Shown: in pieces, positions 38,365 to 47,007 of the stretch
How the letters are laid out: each line of letters begins with the position of its first letter
Numbering within the stretch: position 1 is the stretch's first letter
NCBI GenBank assembly: GCA_041743505.1
Contig: JBGTMQ010000020.1
Location: 17,099 to 81,098 of the forward strand
Direction of reading: 5' to 3'
Origin: Candidatus Saccharimonadia bacterium
GTDB lineage: Bacteria; Patescibacteriota; Saccharimonadia; UBA4664
DNA length: 64,000 nucleotides
Notes under the pieces: model-generated
Databases searched by the model: none
The model's input: the letters and a program-made list of their open reading frames with translations, nothing else
What the model was told of the DNA's origin: nothing
Position numbers and translations under genes: made by a program

Positions 38365-38631
38365 ATGGCCACTCGTCAGGAGCTACGCGATTGTCTGTGC
38401 GAGCTTATCTCGAAGGTAGCCGAGGAACGTCAGACTGAGCTTGCGCTCAGAAGAGAAGTATCAGTGCCGTTGAGCGGGATGCTTGCCCAGGCAAGGCTCA
38501 CCAACCTAGAGCTCAGTGAGCTCCTAGAGGAAATCAGTGACGCAGAGGTGTTGCAGGACCTGGTTGCCGAGTCCGGGTGGAGCGGCAGCCGTGACGAGGG
38601 CGAGCAGGCTCTCATCCTGAAGAAAGCGTGA
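38365..38631 (+). CDS. hypothetical acidic protein
   Basis: 88 aa, followed by a strong terminator. Confidence 0.35.
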   Translation: MATRQELRDCLCELISKVAEERQTELALRREVSVPLSGMLAQARLTNLELSELLEEISDAEVLQDLVAESGWSGSRDEGEQALILKKA

Positions 38632-38697
38632 CACAAGTATACTAAGCCCTGGATGGTAGTCTCAGGGAACCTAACATTACATAGCAGAGGTGAAAGT

Positions 38698-38733
38698 CAA
38701 AAAAGGTTCCAGAATAAATTCTGGAACCTTTTT
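38698..38733. terminator. rho-independent terminator (perfect hairpin with A/T flanks)
   Basis: AAAAAGGTTCCAGAA-taaa-TTCTGGAACCTTTTTC. Confidence 0.7.
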
Positions 38734-38807
38734 CATCTGAAATTTTGAAAATAAATCCTGGTGAGCTCTAGGGGAATCGAAACCGGTTATTAGGACGAGT
38801 GTTCAGA

Positions 38808-38960
38808 TTATTCAATCTTCAGGGTAAGTTTCCCAAGGAAGTGAGTCTCTAGCATCCGGTGCGCGTCTGCGACCTGCTGGAGCGGAAACGTAAGTGTTTC
38901 TAAGCCACCAAAGTGATCGATAGCCATTGCTTGCATAGTGTGTGGTACTGTCTGCTTCAT
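38808..38960 (-). pseudogene. remnant of a Zn-dependent quinone oxidoreductase (MDR superfamily) with an in-frame internal deletion
   Basis: The 50-aa ORF is MKQTVPHTMQAMAIDHFGGLETLTF|PLQQVADAHRMLETHFLGKLTLKIE. Its first half matches the conserved N-terminus of such enzymes (MKA.VI..FGGPEVL) and its second half their extreme C-terminus (AHRLLE...GKIVLK). A strong SD GAGGAGG lies upstream. Confidence 0.55.
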
Positions 38961-39021
38961 AGTGTCCTCCTCTTATACTAATACATCCCGCGACCTTTAG
39001 TCAGCTAGGCGTGCTTATTTA

Positions 39022-39053
39022 ATGTTAACACGTTAATATTAATGTGTTAACAT
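39022..39053. promoter_or_regulatory. 32-bp near-perfect palindrome (putative MarR autoregulatory operator)
   Basis: ATGTTAACACGTTAATATTAATGTGTTAACAT ends at the MarR start codon. It is palindromic except at the paired positions 11 and 22. Confidence 0.55.
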
Positions 39054-39488
39054 GTGTGTATGGAAACTTCGACCGCCTACGCAGTGCACAAGTTAGCCGT
39101 TGAGATGGACCGCGCGGCTGATAGACTCCTGCAGGAGCGTCTAGGCATTTCGTACGGACGTTTTTACTTCTTGCTCGTTCTGGTGGAAAGCGGACAAGTG
39201 CCCCAGCATAGCATTGCCACGACAATGGGTTATAGTGCTCCGGCGATCAGTAACATGGCCGGCGAACTTGTAAAAGACGGGCTTGTCGAAGCAATATCAG
39301 ATCCGGCCCATGGGCGTCGCCGCCTGATAACGATTACTCCAAAAGGCAACAGACTCCTTAGCCAAAGCCTGGAATTACTTGATGAATGCTTTTCAGAATT
39401 GACAACATTAGCCGGCATTGACGAGGTACAGTACAAAGCGGACACAGAACAATTAATCATGGCACTCGTGCGTAAACGAAGGAGGTAA
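39054..39488 (+). CDS. MarR family transcriptional regulator
   Basis: Winged-helix MarR core (SIATTMGYSAPAISNMAGELVKDGLVEAISDPAHGRRRLITITPKG). GTG start at 39054 or ATG at 39060. Confidence 0.8.
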   Translation: MCMETSTAYAVHKLAVEMDRAADRLLQERLGISYGRFYFLLVLVESGQVPQHSIATTMGYSAPAISNMAGELVKDGLVEAISDPAHGRRRLITITPKGNRLLSQSLELLDECFSELTTLAGIDEVQYKADTEQLIMALVRKRRR

Positions 39489-39489
39489 C

Positions 39490-40013
39490 ATGAAACATAA
39501 ACGGGTAGTTTTAGGGGTTGCGGTTGTAATGACCGGTTTGAGTGCGGGTTTGTTTTATGCGTATGCCATATCTGTGAATCCCGCCTTCAGACATCTTTCG
39601 GATGAGACCTATATCGCTGCTATGCAGGCTATTGATAGAGACATACAAAATCCGATCTTTTTTATAAGTTTTTTGGCCCGGCTTTACTACTACCGCTAGC
39701 AGCCTATCTGTATAGAAATGGGTCGGTGTATCACCGGTTTAAGCTTTTGTTAGTGGCCGCGACACTCTATATTATTGGGGCTTTCGGTACGACAGCCGTA
39801 GTAAATGTACCCCTCAATGAGGCACTCGCAAAAGTCCCGATAGAAACATCAAGCCCGAGCCAACTTGCAGCAGCCCGGATAAAATATGCCGAACCTTGGA
39901 ATAACTGGCATATTGTGCGGACAATTGCCGCCACGTCAGCGTTCGCGGTAGCGGTCGCAGCCTGCCTAGTCCCAGAGAATAAGCGTAAAGATAAAAGTCC
40001 AGCAATTGACTAA
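39490..40013 (+). pseudogene. DUF1772 (anthrone oxygenase-like) membrane protein gene split by a frameshift in a T6 homopolymer
   Basis: ORF 39490..39699 ends FLARLYYYR*. Shifting +1 in the TTTTTT run at 39671-39676 reads F(F)GPALLLPLAAYLYRNGSVYHRFKLLL and continues into ORF 39726..40013. Together these reconstruct a 4-TM DUF1772-type protein of about 165 aa. Confidence 0.55.
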
Positions 40014-40091
40014 AATATGACGATGTTGGTCATTTTGTTTTGGGGTTGCTATAGCTGTTTCACATCGGGGCGTGCTGTTAAGAATCTCTTT

Positions 40092-40166
40092 TGGTGATCC
40101 CACGGGGAATCGAACCCCGGTTGCCGGGATGAAAACCCGGTGTCCTAACCGCTAGACGATGGGACC
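40092..40166 (-). tRNA. tRNA-Glu (anticodon UUC)
   Basis: The reverse complement GGTCCCATCGTCTAGCGGTTAGGACACCGGGTTTTCATCCCGGCAACCGGGGTTCGATTCCCCGTGGGATCACCA folds as a cloverleaf. It has a 7-bp acceptor stem, a D-arm, a 5-bp anticodon stem with loop TTTTCAT, a GGGGTTCGATTCCCC T-arm, and an encoded CCA. Confidence 0.85.
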
Positions 40167-40340
40167 AAAGTGTATGGGTGTGGGCCGTGCCAACTGGCTG
40201 GCAAGAAGCCGCTTCGTTAATTCAACACATGTTACATTAACATTTTCGGGCGGTTCCTTCAATAAGAATATGCCACGCAGTTCAGTTGTGGGCAAGCTGA
40301 TAAGGCAGAATCCCAATCCATCCCTCGTCCCACTTAAGCA

Positions 40341-40463
40341 GGTACTAGATTTCTTCTAGTCTCGCAGCCGCCGCAACGAAGCGGCTGTATTAATGGCTTC
40401 GCATAGGAAACATTACGCAATGATCTACGCTATATTGTCAACTACTAGAAAAATTCTAGTACC
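40341..40463. repeat. ~123-bp repeat element with palindromic inverted termini, copy 3
   Basis: Left end GGTACTAGATTTCTTCTAGTC and right end ACTACTAGAAAAATTCTAGTACC. Confidence 0.6.
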
Positions 40464-40583
40464 CCATACCAGCGAAATGCCAAAGGGTCGCCAATGAAGC
40501 CGTCAGAAAAAACGCCTATCTTGTAAATTGCCGCAGGACCTGCCCTGGTCAAAACCATCATCCTGAACTAATAATGGGGAAGT

Positions 40584-41888
40584 ATGAAAAACCTCTCCGG
40601 GCGCACCGCCCGCCTCATCACGCTCATGCGATCCAGCGACTTCATCCGCCACAACAGCATCCTCTTCGTCGGGTCATTCGCCGTCAGCGTCCTGAACTAC
40701 CTGTACTACCCGATACTCGGCCGCCTCATGAGCCCCAGCGATTTCGGTGAGGTCCAAGTCCTCGTCTCGCTGTTTATGCAGGCCACCATCTTCCTCACCG
40801 TCGTCACCAATGTGGCCGTCAATGTCGTCACCAACGAGAGCAACGAAACCCTCCGCAACCGCATCGTCTATGAACTCGAGCATTTCGCCACCCTCATCAC
40901 AGTCGTCACCCTGGGTGTAGCCCTCTTATTTATCGGCCAACTCCAAGAATTTCTCCGGTTCGAACACCCTGCGCCCTTCTTCGCTCTGGCCCTCGTCCTC
41001 GTCATCAGCGCGCCCCTGGCTCTGCGCCAAGCCTACCTGCGCGGCCGCTCGGCCTTTGGCCTTATGTCTATCGCTAGCATTACCTCTTCTCTTGCCAAAA
41101 TCATCTTCTCCGTCATCTTCGTTCTCCTGGGCTGGCGGGCGGTCGGCGCCATCGGCGGCATTATCGCCGCGCAAATCATCGCCCTTATATACACCGCCTC
41201 TCAAGCCCGCAAACTCGGACTGGTTGGCAAAATCAACTGGCGGCTCTGGCGCAAGCCGGACTTAGGCCTACTCCGGCCGCAGCTGCCATACTCACTACTC
41301 GTCTTAATCGTCTCCCTCATAACCACGGTGCTTTTCAGCTTCGACGTCATCATCGTCAAGCACTTCTTCCCGGCTGAGATCGCCGGTTACTACGCCGGTA
41401 TCGCCACCATCGCCCGCATCATTTACTTCTTAACCGGCTCCATCGCCGTCGTCCTACTAACCGCCGCCAAGATAGAAGCCGGCCGCGCCACCAACCACCG
41501 CCTGCTTACGCGCTCCATGTTGCTACAAACGGCCATCGGCGGCGCTGCTCTGGTGTTCTTCTCGCTCTTCCCACAGTTTTCCACTCAGCTCCTCATCGGC
41601 TCCAAATACCTGCCCTATGCTCATCTTTTGCCCATGCTTAGCCTGGCCCTCTTCATCCTCGCCACTCTCAACCTGCTCCTTCACTACGACCTGGCCCTCC
41701 GCCGCTACAGCGCCGCTGTTGTCTCAATACTAGGTGGCGTCGTCATGATCGCAGCCGTGCAGATGAATCACGCCTCCCTCGAAGCCGTTGTCCAAAGCCT
41801 GCTCATCGGCTCCCTGGCCGCCCTCGCCATCCGCGGCCTCGACAGCCTCCGCCGCCGCGCACTGCAACAATTACAGTACCCCTCATGA
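40584..41888 (+). CDS. oligosaccharide/polysaccharide flippase (Wzx-like, MOP superfamily)
   Basis: 434 aa with at least 12 TM helices and a conserved N-terminal region of polysaccharide biosynthesis proteins. Confidence 0.7.
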   Translation: MKNLSGRTARLITLMRSSDFIRHNSILFVGSFAVSVLNYLYYPILGRLMSPSDFGEVQVLVSLFMQATIFLTVVTNVAVNVVTNESNETLRNRIVYELEHFATLITVVTLGVALLFIGQLQEFLRFEHPAPFFALALVLVISAPLALRQAYLRGRSAFGLMSIASITSSLAKIIFSVIFVLLGWRAVGAIGGIIAAQIIALIYTASQARKLGLVGKINWRLWRKPDLGLLRPQLPYSLLVLIVSLITTVLFSFDVIIVKHFFPAEIAGYYAGIATIARIIYFLTGSIAVVLLTAAKIEAGRATNHRLLTRSMLLQTAIGGAALVFFSLFPQFSTQLLIGSKYLPYAHLLPMLSLALFILATLNLLLHYDLALRRYSAAVVSILGGVVMIAAVQMNHASLEAVVQSLLIGSLAALAIRGLDSLRRRALQQLQYPS

Positions 41889-42112
41889 AATGAATATCAA
41901 TTTCCCCGCCACTATGGCGAACCTCATATGCACCTTACCAAACAGCATTATAGGCAATAACCAGGGCGAAGTACCTATATTGTTTACAAATTAGACAAAA
42001 TTTTTGTGGTTCATCACATATTGACCGGCCACGGATGTCTTTATGGTTTATAGAGCCGCACACGTCAGTGTGCTGTATTATGTAGCGTAAGTGGAGGAGT
42101 GATATATACCAG

Positions 42113-43144
42113 ATGGCGCAATCTCAGAAACTCATCAGCATTATTGTGCCTTGTCACAACGAGCAAGCCAATATCGAGCCGCTTTACCAGGCATTATCAC
42201 AAACCATCAATGACCTACCGGAATCTTTCGAGTTTATTTTTGTCGATGACGGCAGTAAGGACGACACCCTAATCGGCCTCCGCGAGCTGGCTGAGCGCGA
42301 CGAACGGGTCCGGGTTATCGAAATGGTGCGCAACTTCGGCAAGGAAATCGCCATTACCGCCGGCCTGCATCAATCCAGCGGCGATGCGGCTATTTGTCTG
42401 GACGCCGACCTCCAACACCCCCCGGAACTCATCCCGGACCTCATAGCCAAGTGGCACGGCGGCGCCGAAGTCGTCGTCGGTATCCGCTCACCCGGCTCCC
42501 GCCACGCCTCATTTATTAAGCTGGCCGGCAGCGCCGTCTTTTATAGGCTCATGAACGCCATCTCCGACGTCGAAATCGTCGCCCGCGCCACCGATTATCG
42601 CCTTATCGACCGGGTCGTCATCAACGAGTTCAACCGCTTCACCGAGCACAGCCGCATCACCCGCGGGCTCATCGACTGGTTGGGCTTCAAGCGCGCCTAC
42701 GTCGAATTCAAAACCCCCAGCCGCAACGCCGGTAACGCCGGTTACGGCATATTCAAGCTCGTCAATCTGGCCCTCAACTCCTTTGTTTCCATGAGCCTTG
42801 TCCCACTCCGCTTCGCCGGCTGGCTTGGCGCCGTCATCATGCTCACCTCGGGCGCTACCGGCCTATTCATTTTCATCGAGAAATACCTTCTCAAGGACCC
42901 CTGGGGCCTTGGCTTCTCCGGCCCGGCCATCCTGGCCGTCATCATCCTGTTCCTCGTCGGCCTCATGCTGGTCTGCCTTGGGCTCATCTCGCTCTATATT
43001 GGTGTCATCCACACCGAAGTCATGAACCGCCCGCTCTACGTCACCCGCAGCCGCAATCGCCGGGGCGGCCGCATCCTCGTTGATGCCCAGGAGGTGGTCG
43101 AGCATCAAAAACAAGAACAAGAGCACGAGGCGCTCCGCCGGTGA
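42113..43144 (+). CDS. family 2 glycosyltransferase (GtrB / polyprenol-phosphate glycosyltransferase-like, with C-terminal TM helices)
   Basis: ISIIVPCHNE...FVDDGSKDDT...DADLQHPPE matches GT2 DXD architecture. Two C-terminal TM helices are typical of GtrB/DPM1-like enzymes. Confidence 0.8.
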   Translation: MAQSQKLISIIVPCHNEQANIEPLYQALSQTINDLPESFEFIFVDDGSKDDTLIGLRELAERDERVRVIEMVRNFGKEIAITAGLHQSSGDAAICLDADLQHPPELIPDLIAKWHGGAEVVVGIRSPGSRHASFIKLAGSAVFYRLMNAISDVEIVARATDYRLIDRVVINEFNRFTEHSRITRGLIDWLGFKRAYVEFKTPSRNAGNAGYGIFKLVNLALNSFVSMSLVPLRFAGWLGAVIMLTSGATGLFIFIEKYLLKDPWGLGFSGPAILAVIILFLVGLMLVCLGLISLYIGVIHTEVMNRPLYVTRSRNRRGGRILVDAQEVVEHQKQEQEHEALRR

Positions 43145-44286
43145 ACATCCTCTGGCTAACCTGGAAGGACCGCCGGAATCCTCTTGCTGGCGGGGCCGAA
43201 GTGGTCAATGAAGAGCTGGCCAAGCGCCTGGCCTCAGGCGGCCACAAAGTCACCTTCCTGGTCGCAGGATTTCCCGGCAGCCAGCCCCAAGAAGACCGCG
43301 ACGGCTTCCATATCATTCGCATCTCCAGCCGCTATATGGTCTATTTAGCTGCCTTCAGCTACTTCCGTCGCCACCAAACCGAACTCAACCCTGACCTAGT
43401 CATCGACGAGTGCAACACCATGCCGTTCTTTTCGGCTTGGTACACGCACAAACCAACCATTATGTTCTTCCACCAACTTTGCCGCATTACCTGGTTTTAT
43501 CAATTTCCCCAACCCCTCTCCACCATCGGCTGGCTGGCCGAACCCGTTTACCTTCGCCTGCTCAAACGCAGCCCGGTTATCACCATCTCAAACTCCGCCA
43601 AACAAGACCTTATCCGCCACGGCTTCAAGGCCGCCGACATCCACATCATCTCCGAAGGCTCCCACCTCACACCCGTCAAAGACCCTGCCGGTGTCGTCAA
43701 ATTTGCCACCCCCACCATCATCAGCCTCGGCTCCATTCGTCCCGTCAAACGCACCCTCCACCAGCTCCAAGCCTTCGAACACGCCAAAGCTACCATGCCT
43801 GACCTCCGCTTCATCATTGGCGGCGACTCCTCGGGCAGCTACGGCAGCCAATTCCTCGAAGCCATCAAGCGTAGCCCCTACGCCGCCGATATTGACTACC
43901 GCGGCCATGTCAGCGACGCCGAAAAACTCGAACTCATGCAGCGTGCCCACGCCATCGTCGTCACCAGCGTCAAAGAAGGCTGGGGACTCATCGTCACCGA
44001 AGCCAACTCGCAGGGCACCCCGGCCGTCGTCTACGACGTCGACGGCCTCCGCGATAGCGTCCGCGACGGCCAAACCGGCCTAATAACGCCAGCCAATACA
44101 CCCGAAGCGCTAGGAGACAAAATCATTGAACTCCTCCGCGACCCCGCCCGCTACCAAACCCTCCGCACGCAAGCCTGGCAATGGAGCAAAACCATCACCT
44201 TCGATCAAAGCTACGCCGACTTCACCAAAGTCCTCAATCTGACTACTACCCCTAACGAATCCCGACAAGAAGTTCCTACTCCGTGA
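43141..44286 (+). CDS. family 4 glycosyltransferase (GT-B fold)
   Basis: GT4 EX7E region EGWGLIVTEANSQGTPAVVYDVDGL. GTGA overlap with the preceding GT2. Confidence 0.8.
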   Translation: MNILWLTWKDRRNPLAGGAEVVNEELAKRLASGGHKVTFLVAGFPGSQPQEDRDGFHIIRISSRYMVYLAAFSYFRRHQTELNPDLVIDECNTMPFFSAWYTHKPTIMFFHQLCRITWFYQFPQPLSTIGWLAEPVYLRLLKRSPVITISNSAKQDLIRHGFKAADIHIISEGSHLTPVKDPAGVVKFATPTIISLGSIRPVKRTLHQLQAFEHAKATMPDLRFIIGGDSSGSYGSQFLEAIKRSPYAADIDYRGHVSDAEKLELMQRAHAIVVTSVKEGWGLIVTEANSQGTPAVVYDVDGLRDSVRDGQTGLITPANTPEALGDKIIELLRDPARYQTLRTQAWQWSKTITFDQSYADFTKVLNLTTTPNESRQEVPTP

Positions 44287-44650
44287 CAGAACTGGAATGC
44301 TGGCTCCGCAAAGTACTCTTAAATGCTAAATAAGCACCCAGGCCGGACAAAACAACCACTAGAAAGTAAACCGGGGACAGTAGCTCCGGCTGGAATCCAG
44401 TTTCCGCTATGGCTAAGCCATTAACAATCACGCTTGGTGCTATTTGTATAACGAGAATACCACCCAGTATTCGCAAAGCAACTCTTGAAGGTCTCACCAA
44501 CACAGTCATAGCCAGAGCGATCGCTATTATGGCTATGACTACAGCAATAAGCCTGTAAAAATTTAGATCAAAGCCAGGTATGTACACGTGTAAGAAATAA
44601 ATTGACACCCCAATCGCCAAAAATGCCGCGGAACGAGATAAATTACTCAT
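44276..44650 (-). CDS. small membrane protein
   Basis: 124 aa with 4 TM helices; low-GC region. Confidence 0.4.
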   Translation of the reverse strand: MSNLSRSAAFLAIGVSIYFLHVYIPGFDLNFYRLIAVVIAIIAIALAMTVLVRPSRVALRILGGILVIQIAPSVIVNGLAIAETGFQPELLSPVYFLVVVLSGLGAYLAFKSTLRSQHSSSVTE

Positions 44651-44742
44651 CCTTAGTTTAAGAATTGCTTAAGCATAAACATAATTTAACATTTTACTGA
44701 AGCAAAGAATATCAGCAAACCGCTTCTACTAACGATATTTAC

Positions 44743-45045
44743 TTACTGACCGAATAATGCCCAAATCCAACCCATTTGAATACTAACAAACAACCCCCAG
44801 CCAATAAGGGCCAGATAAGTTCCAGCCTTGCGAATGAGCAATAGTCGCTTTCGAATCTTCTGATCTTTTTGACGGCGGATCGCCATCGTGATGCCGATGA
44901 ATGCCGCGACGAGGATGACGAGAAAAATAATTGTATAGTTCACATAGTCATAAAAGCGTTGGGCCCAAAGATCTTGCCAAACGGGACTACCGTACGTAAG
45001 GAAGCCTAAATGATATTGGATAATACTCATGTCTACAGTGTACAT
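44743..45045 (-). CDS. small membrane protein, paralog family A (copy 1)
   Basis: The C-terminal 75 aa are near-identical to 48544..48831. Related to 47008..47286. Confidence 0.5.
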   Translation of the reverse strand: MYTVDMSIIQYHLGFLTYGSPVWQDLWAQRFYDYVNYTIIFLVILVAAFIGITMAIRRQKDQKIRKRLLLIRKAGTYLALIGWGLFVSIQMGWIWALFGQ

Positions 45046-45101
45046 AATTTATCCCTACAAAAGCTAAGTCTAGGAGAGCAAGATGCACTCTCCGGGACTA
45101 T

Positions 45102-45461
45102 ATGTTGTTCTTAGCTTGCCCAGGGCAGCTTCCAAAATTTGGAAATACCCTACTAGAACGCTACACTAAGACAGAAATGACGCGCCTAAGTCTTAGTCTT
45201 GTACTACTCCTCAGCGGCCTCCTATTGGCGTTGGTAGCATATACTTGGGCAGCCCCTCAAGTCTGCGCACTCAAGGGTTTACCAATGAACTCATTTGGTT
45301 GCCTGTACATCGTTATCTATGCAACGGCGGGCGCACTACTCGTGCCGTTCTTAGCGGGTCTCGTACTGTACGTACGAGAACTCCGCCGAACTCTTAAGCC
45401 CAATTCAAACACCAAGCAGGGTAAAAGTATGATACCCAGCAAAAAAGATCTAATTATGTGA
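45102..45461 (+). CDS. small membrane protein
   Basis: 119 aa with 2-3 TM helices. Confidence 0.3.
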   Translation: MLFLACPGQLPKFGNTLLERYTKTEMTRLSLSLVLLLSGLLLALVAYTWAAPQVCALKGLPMNSFGCLYIVIYATAGALLVPFLAGLVLYVRELRRTLKPNSNTKQGKSMIPSKKDLIM

Positions 45462-45470
45462 TGATTTCAA

Positions 45471-45785
45471 CTAACGAAGGTTTTCCCAACCTGTTGGAAC
45501 GATTGAAAGAAACTTATAGACGGCCAACTGAGCGATTAAAAGGAACACGGCGAGAGAAGCAGAAGCAATAAGCCAGCCTTTACGCGGCTTATTTAGCCAA
45601 AACCAGCCGAGCCAAGCTAAGCCAGTACCAATAGCTGTTACAGCACCAAATTCAACAACAGAAACCCCCTGATAACGTGCATACTTCCAATACAGGACGG
45701 AAAAGATAATGTAATACACAGGAACAGCTAGTTGGCGAATCACATTGAGGCATTGCTTATTCATGGATATATAGGGAGAAGTCAT
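45471..45785 (-). CDS. small membrane protein, paralog family B (copy 1)
   Basis: Shared motifs with 45802..46095 (IIF..YWKYA.YQG....EFG.V.......LAWLGWF.LN.PRK). Confidence 0.5.
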   Translation of the reverse strand: MTSPYISMNKQCLNVIRQLAVPVYYIIFSVLYWKYARYQGVSVVEFGAVTAIGTGLAWLGWFWLNKPRKGWLIASASLAVFLLIAQLAVYKFLSIVPTGWENLR

Positions 45786-45801
45786 CTGCCCTTACTGTTC
45801 A

Positions 45802-46095
45802 TTATTTGATATTTTCCCAACCCGCGGGAAGAGAAGTCATAAATGTATACACATATATCAGAGCGAATAGTAAAACTATTACTAACGAGGCTGAGGAAAT
45901 AAGCACTGCTTTACGTGGTTGATTCAATAAGAACCAGCCGAGCCAAGCAAGCACGCCACCAGCGGTGATAACGCTACCAAATTCATAGGCAGTGAAGCCT
46001 TGGTAAAACGCGTATTTCCAAAAAATGATTATGAAAATAATGTAAGTCAAAGGGATACTTAGTTGACGAGCTATGGTAGAATATTGCTTACTCAT
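45802..46095 (-). CDS. small membrane protein, paralog family B (copy 2)
   Basis: Tandem paralog of 45471..45785. Confidence 0.5.
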   Translation of the reverse strand: MSKQYSTIARQLSIPLTYIIFIIIFWKYAFYQGFTAYEFGSVITAGGVLAWLGWFLLNQPRKAVLISSASLVIVLLFALIYVYTFMTSLPAGWENIK

Positions 46096-46357
46096 AGCAA
46101 TATTCTACCATAAGCGAATAAGCAGATCGATCGCTGAATTTAATAAGCGGGTGGACACCGAAAGGCGCCCACCCGCAACCTTATCCCAGCCTTACGAGCT
46201 TCTGCTACAGTATTCTTGATGACATCATTGAGCTTGAATCCAAAACTTCAGTACGAGCACAAAAAAAGTCCACATCCCGAGTCATATCGTGATGTGGACT
46301 AAAATCTAGTTGCGAGTACAGATTGAACCGCGGCTAGTATTCGGCTAACATTATGAC

Positions 46358-46600
46358 ATGAAAGGCACGAACAAAGGTTCAAAACCCGTGAAAAACAGGT
46401 CAATAGCGGGGCTAATACTCATATGCCTGAGTCCTCTCGCTGCGTTGCCGGCGGTCACATTTCTAGGTTCGAGCGTATGCCAGCCCCAAGGCGGCTTTTT
46501 AGACTTCAGTTGCCTCCAGCCTAACGCCTACCTTGGAGCCGCTGCTTTAGCATCGGCGCTACTTATTGGTTGCCTGCTGTATTTTTGGCCTTCGCGCTAA
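46358..46600 (+). CDS. small membrane protein
   Basis: 80 aa with 2 TM helices. Confidence 0.3.
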   Translation: MKGTNKGSKPVKNRSIAGLILICLSPLAALPAVTFLGSSVCQPQGGFLDFSCLQPNAYLGAAALASALLIGCLLYFWPSR

Positions 46601-46737
46601 GGACATAGCATTGCGTTATCCTTACTGCTCCTGCAAGTTAATTATATAACGCCTCTATACGCAGTACTTTGGACACTAACTTGGCTGCTTGCTGGGCTCA
46701 TCGTATGCATTCGAGATTCGGCCTGGGCTTCAATGCT

Positions 46738-46995
46738 CTACAATAACCCCACATAGTTTCCGGATGGTATAAAAACGAAGAAATACCACGCTAGCCCACC
46801 AAGGGAAGCTATTGCTGCACAATAAGCTAGAGTTTTGAGAGTCTTCTTTATTTGCGAGCGCCGCTGGCTTTTCCGCCCAGCCAAATACCAATAACTACCA
46901 AGTAACGCAAGCACGATAATCAGTGGCAAAACGATAACTAAGAATATGTGTGCATAAAAAGCTGAAGCTGGAATAAAGCCGTCTGGGTAGTACAT
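46738..46995 (-). CDS. small membrane protein
   Basis: 85 aa with 2 TM helices. Confidence 0.35.
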   Translation of the reverse strand: MYYPDGFIPASAFYAHIFLVIVLPLIIVLALLGSYWYLAGRKSQRRSQIKKTLKTLAYCAAIASLGGLAWYFFVFIPSGNYVGLL

Positions 46996-47007
46996 AGTCG
47001 TGTATTA

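Noticed and set aside
38759-38850. Possible complete tRNA gene on the minus strand starting at TGGTGAGCTC...
   Set aside because: The T-arm reads CCGGTTTCGATTCCCC, which has an extra T and an unpaired stem. No acceptor stem complementary to AGAGCTC exists upstream. It is recorded as a tRNA-like fragment only.
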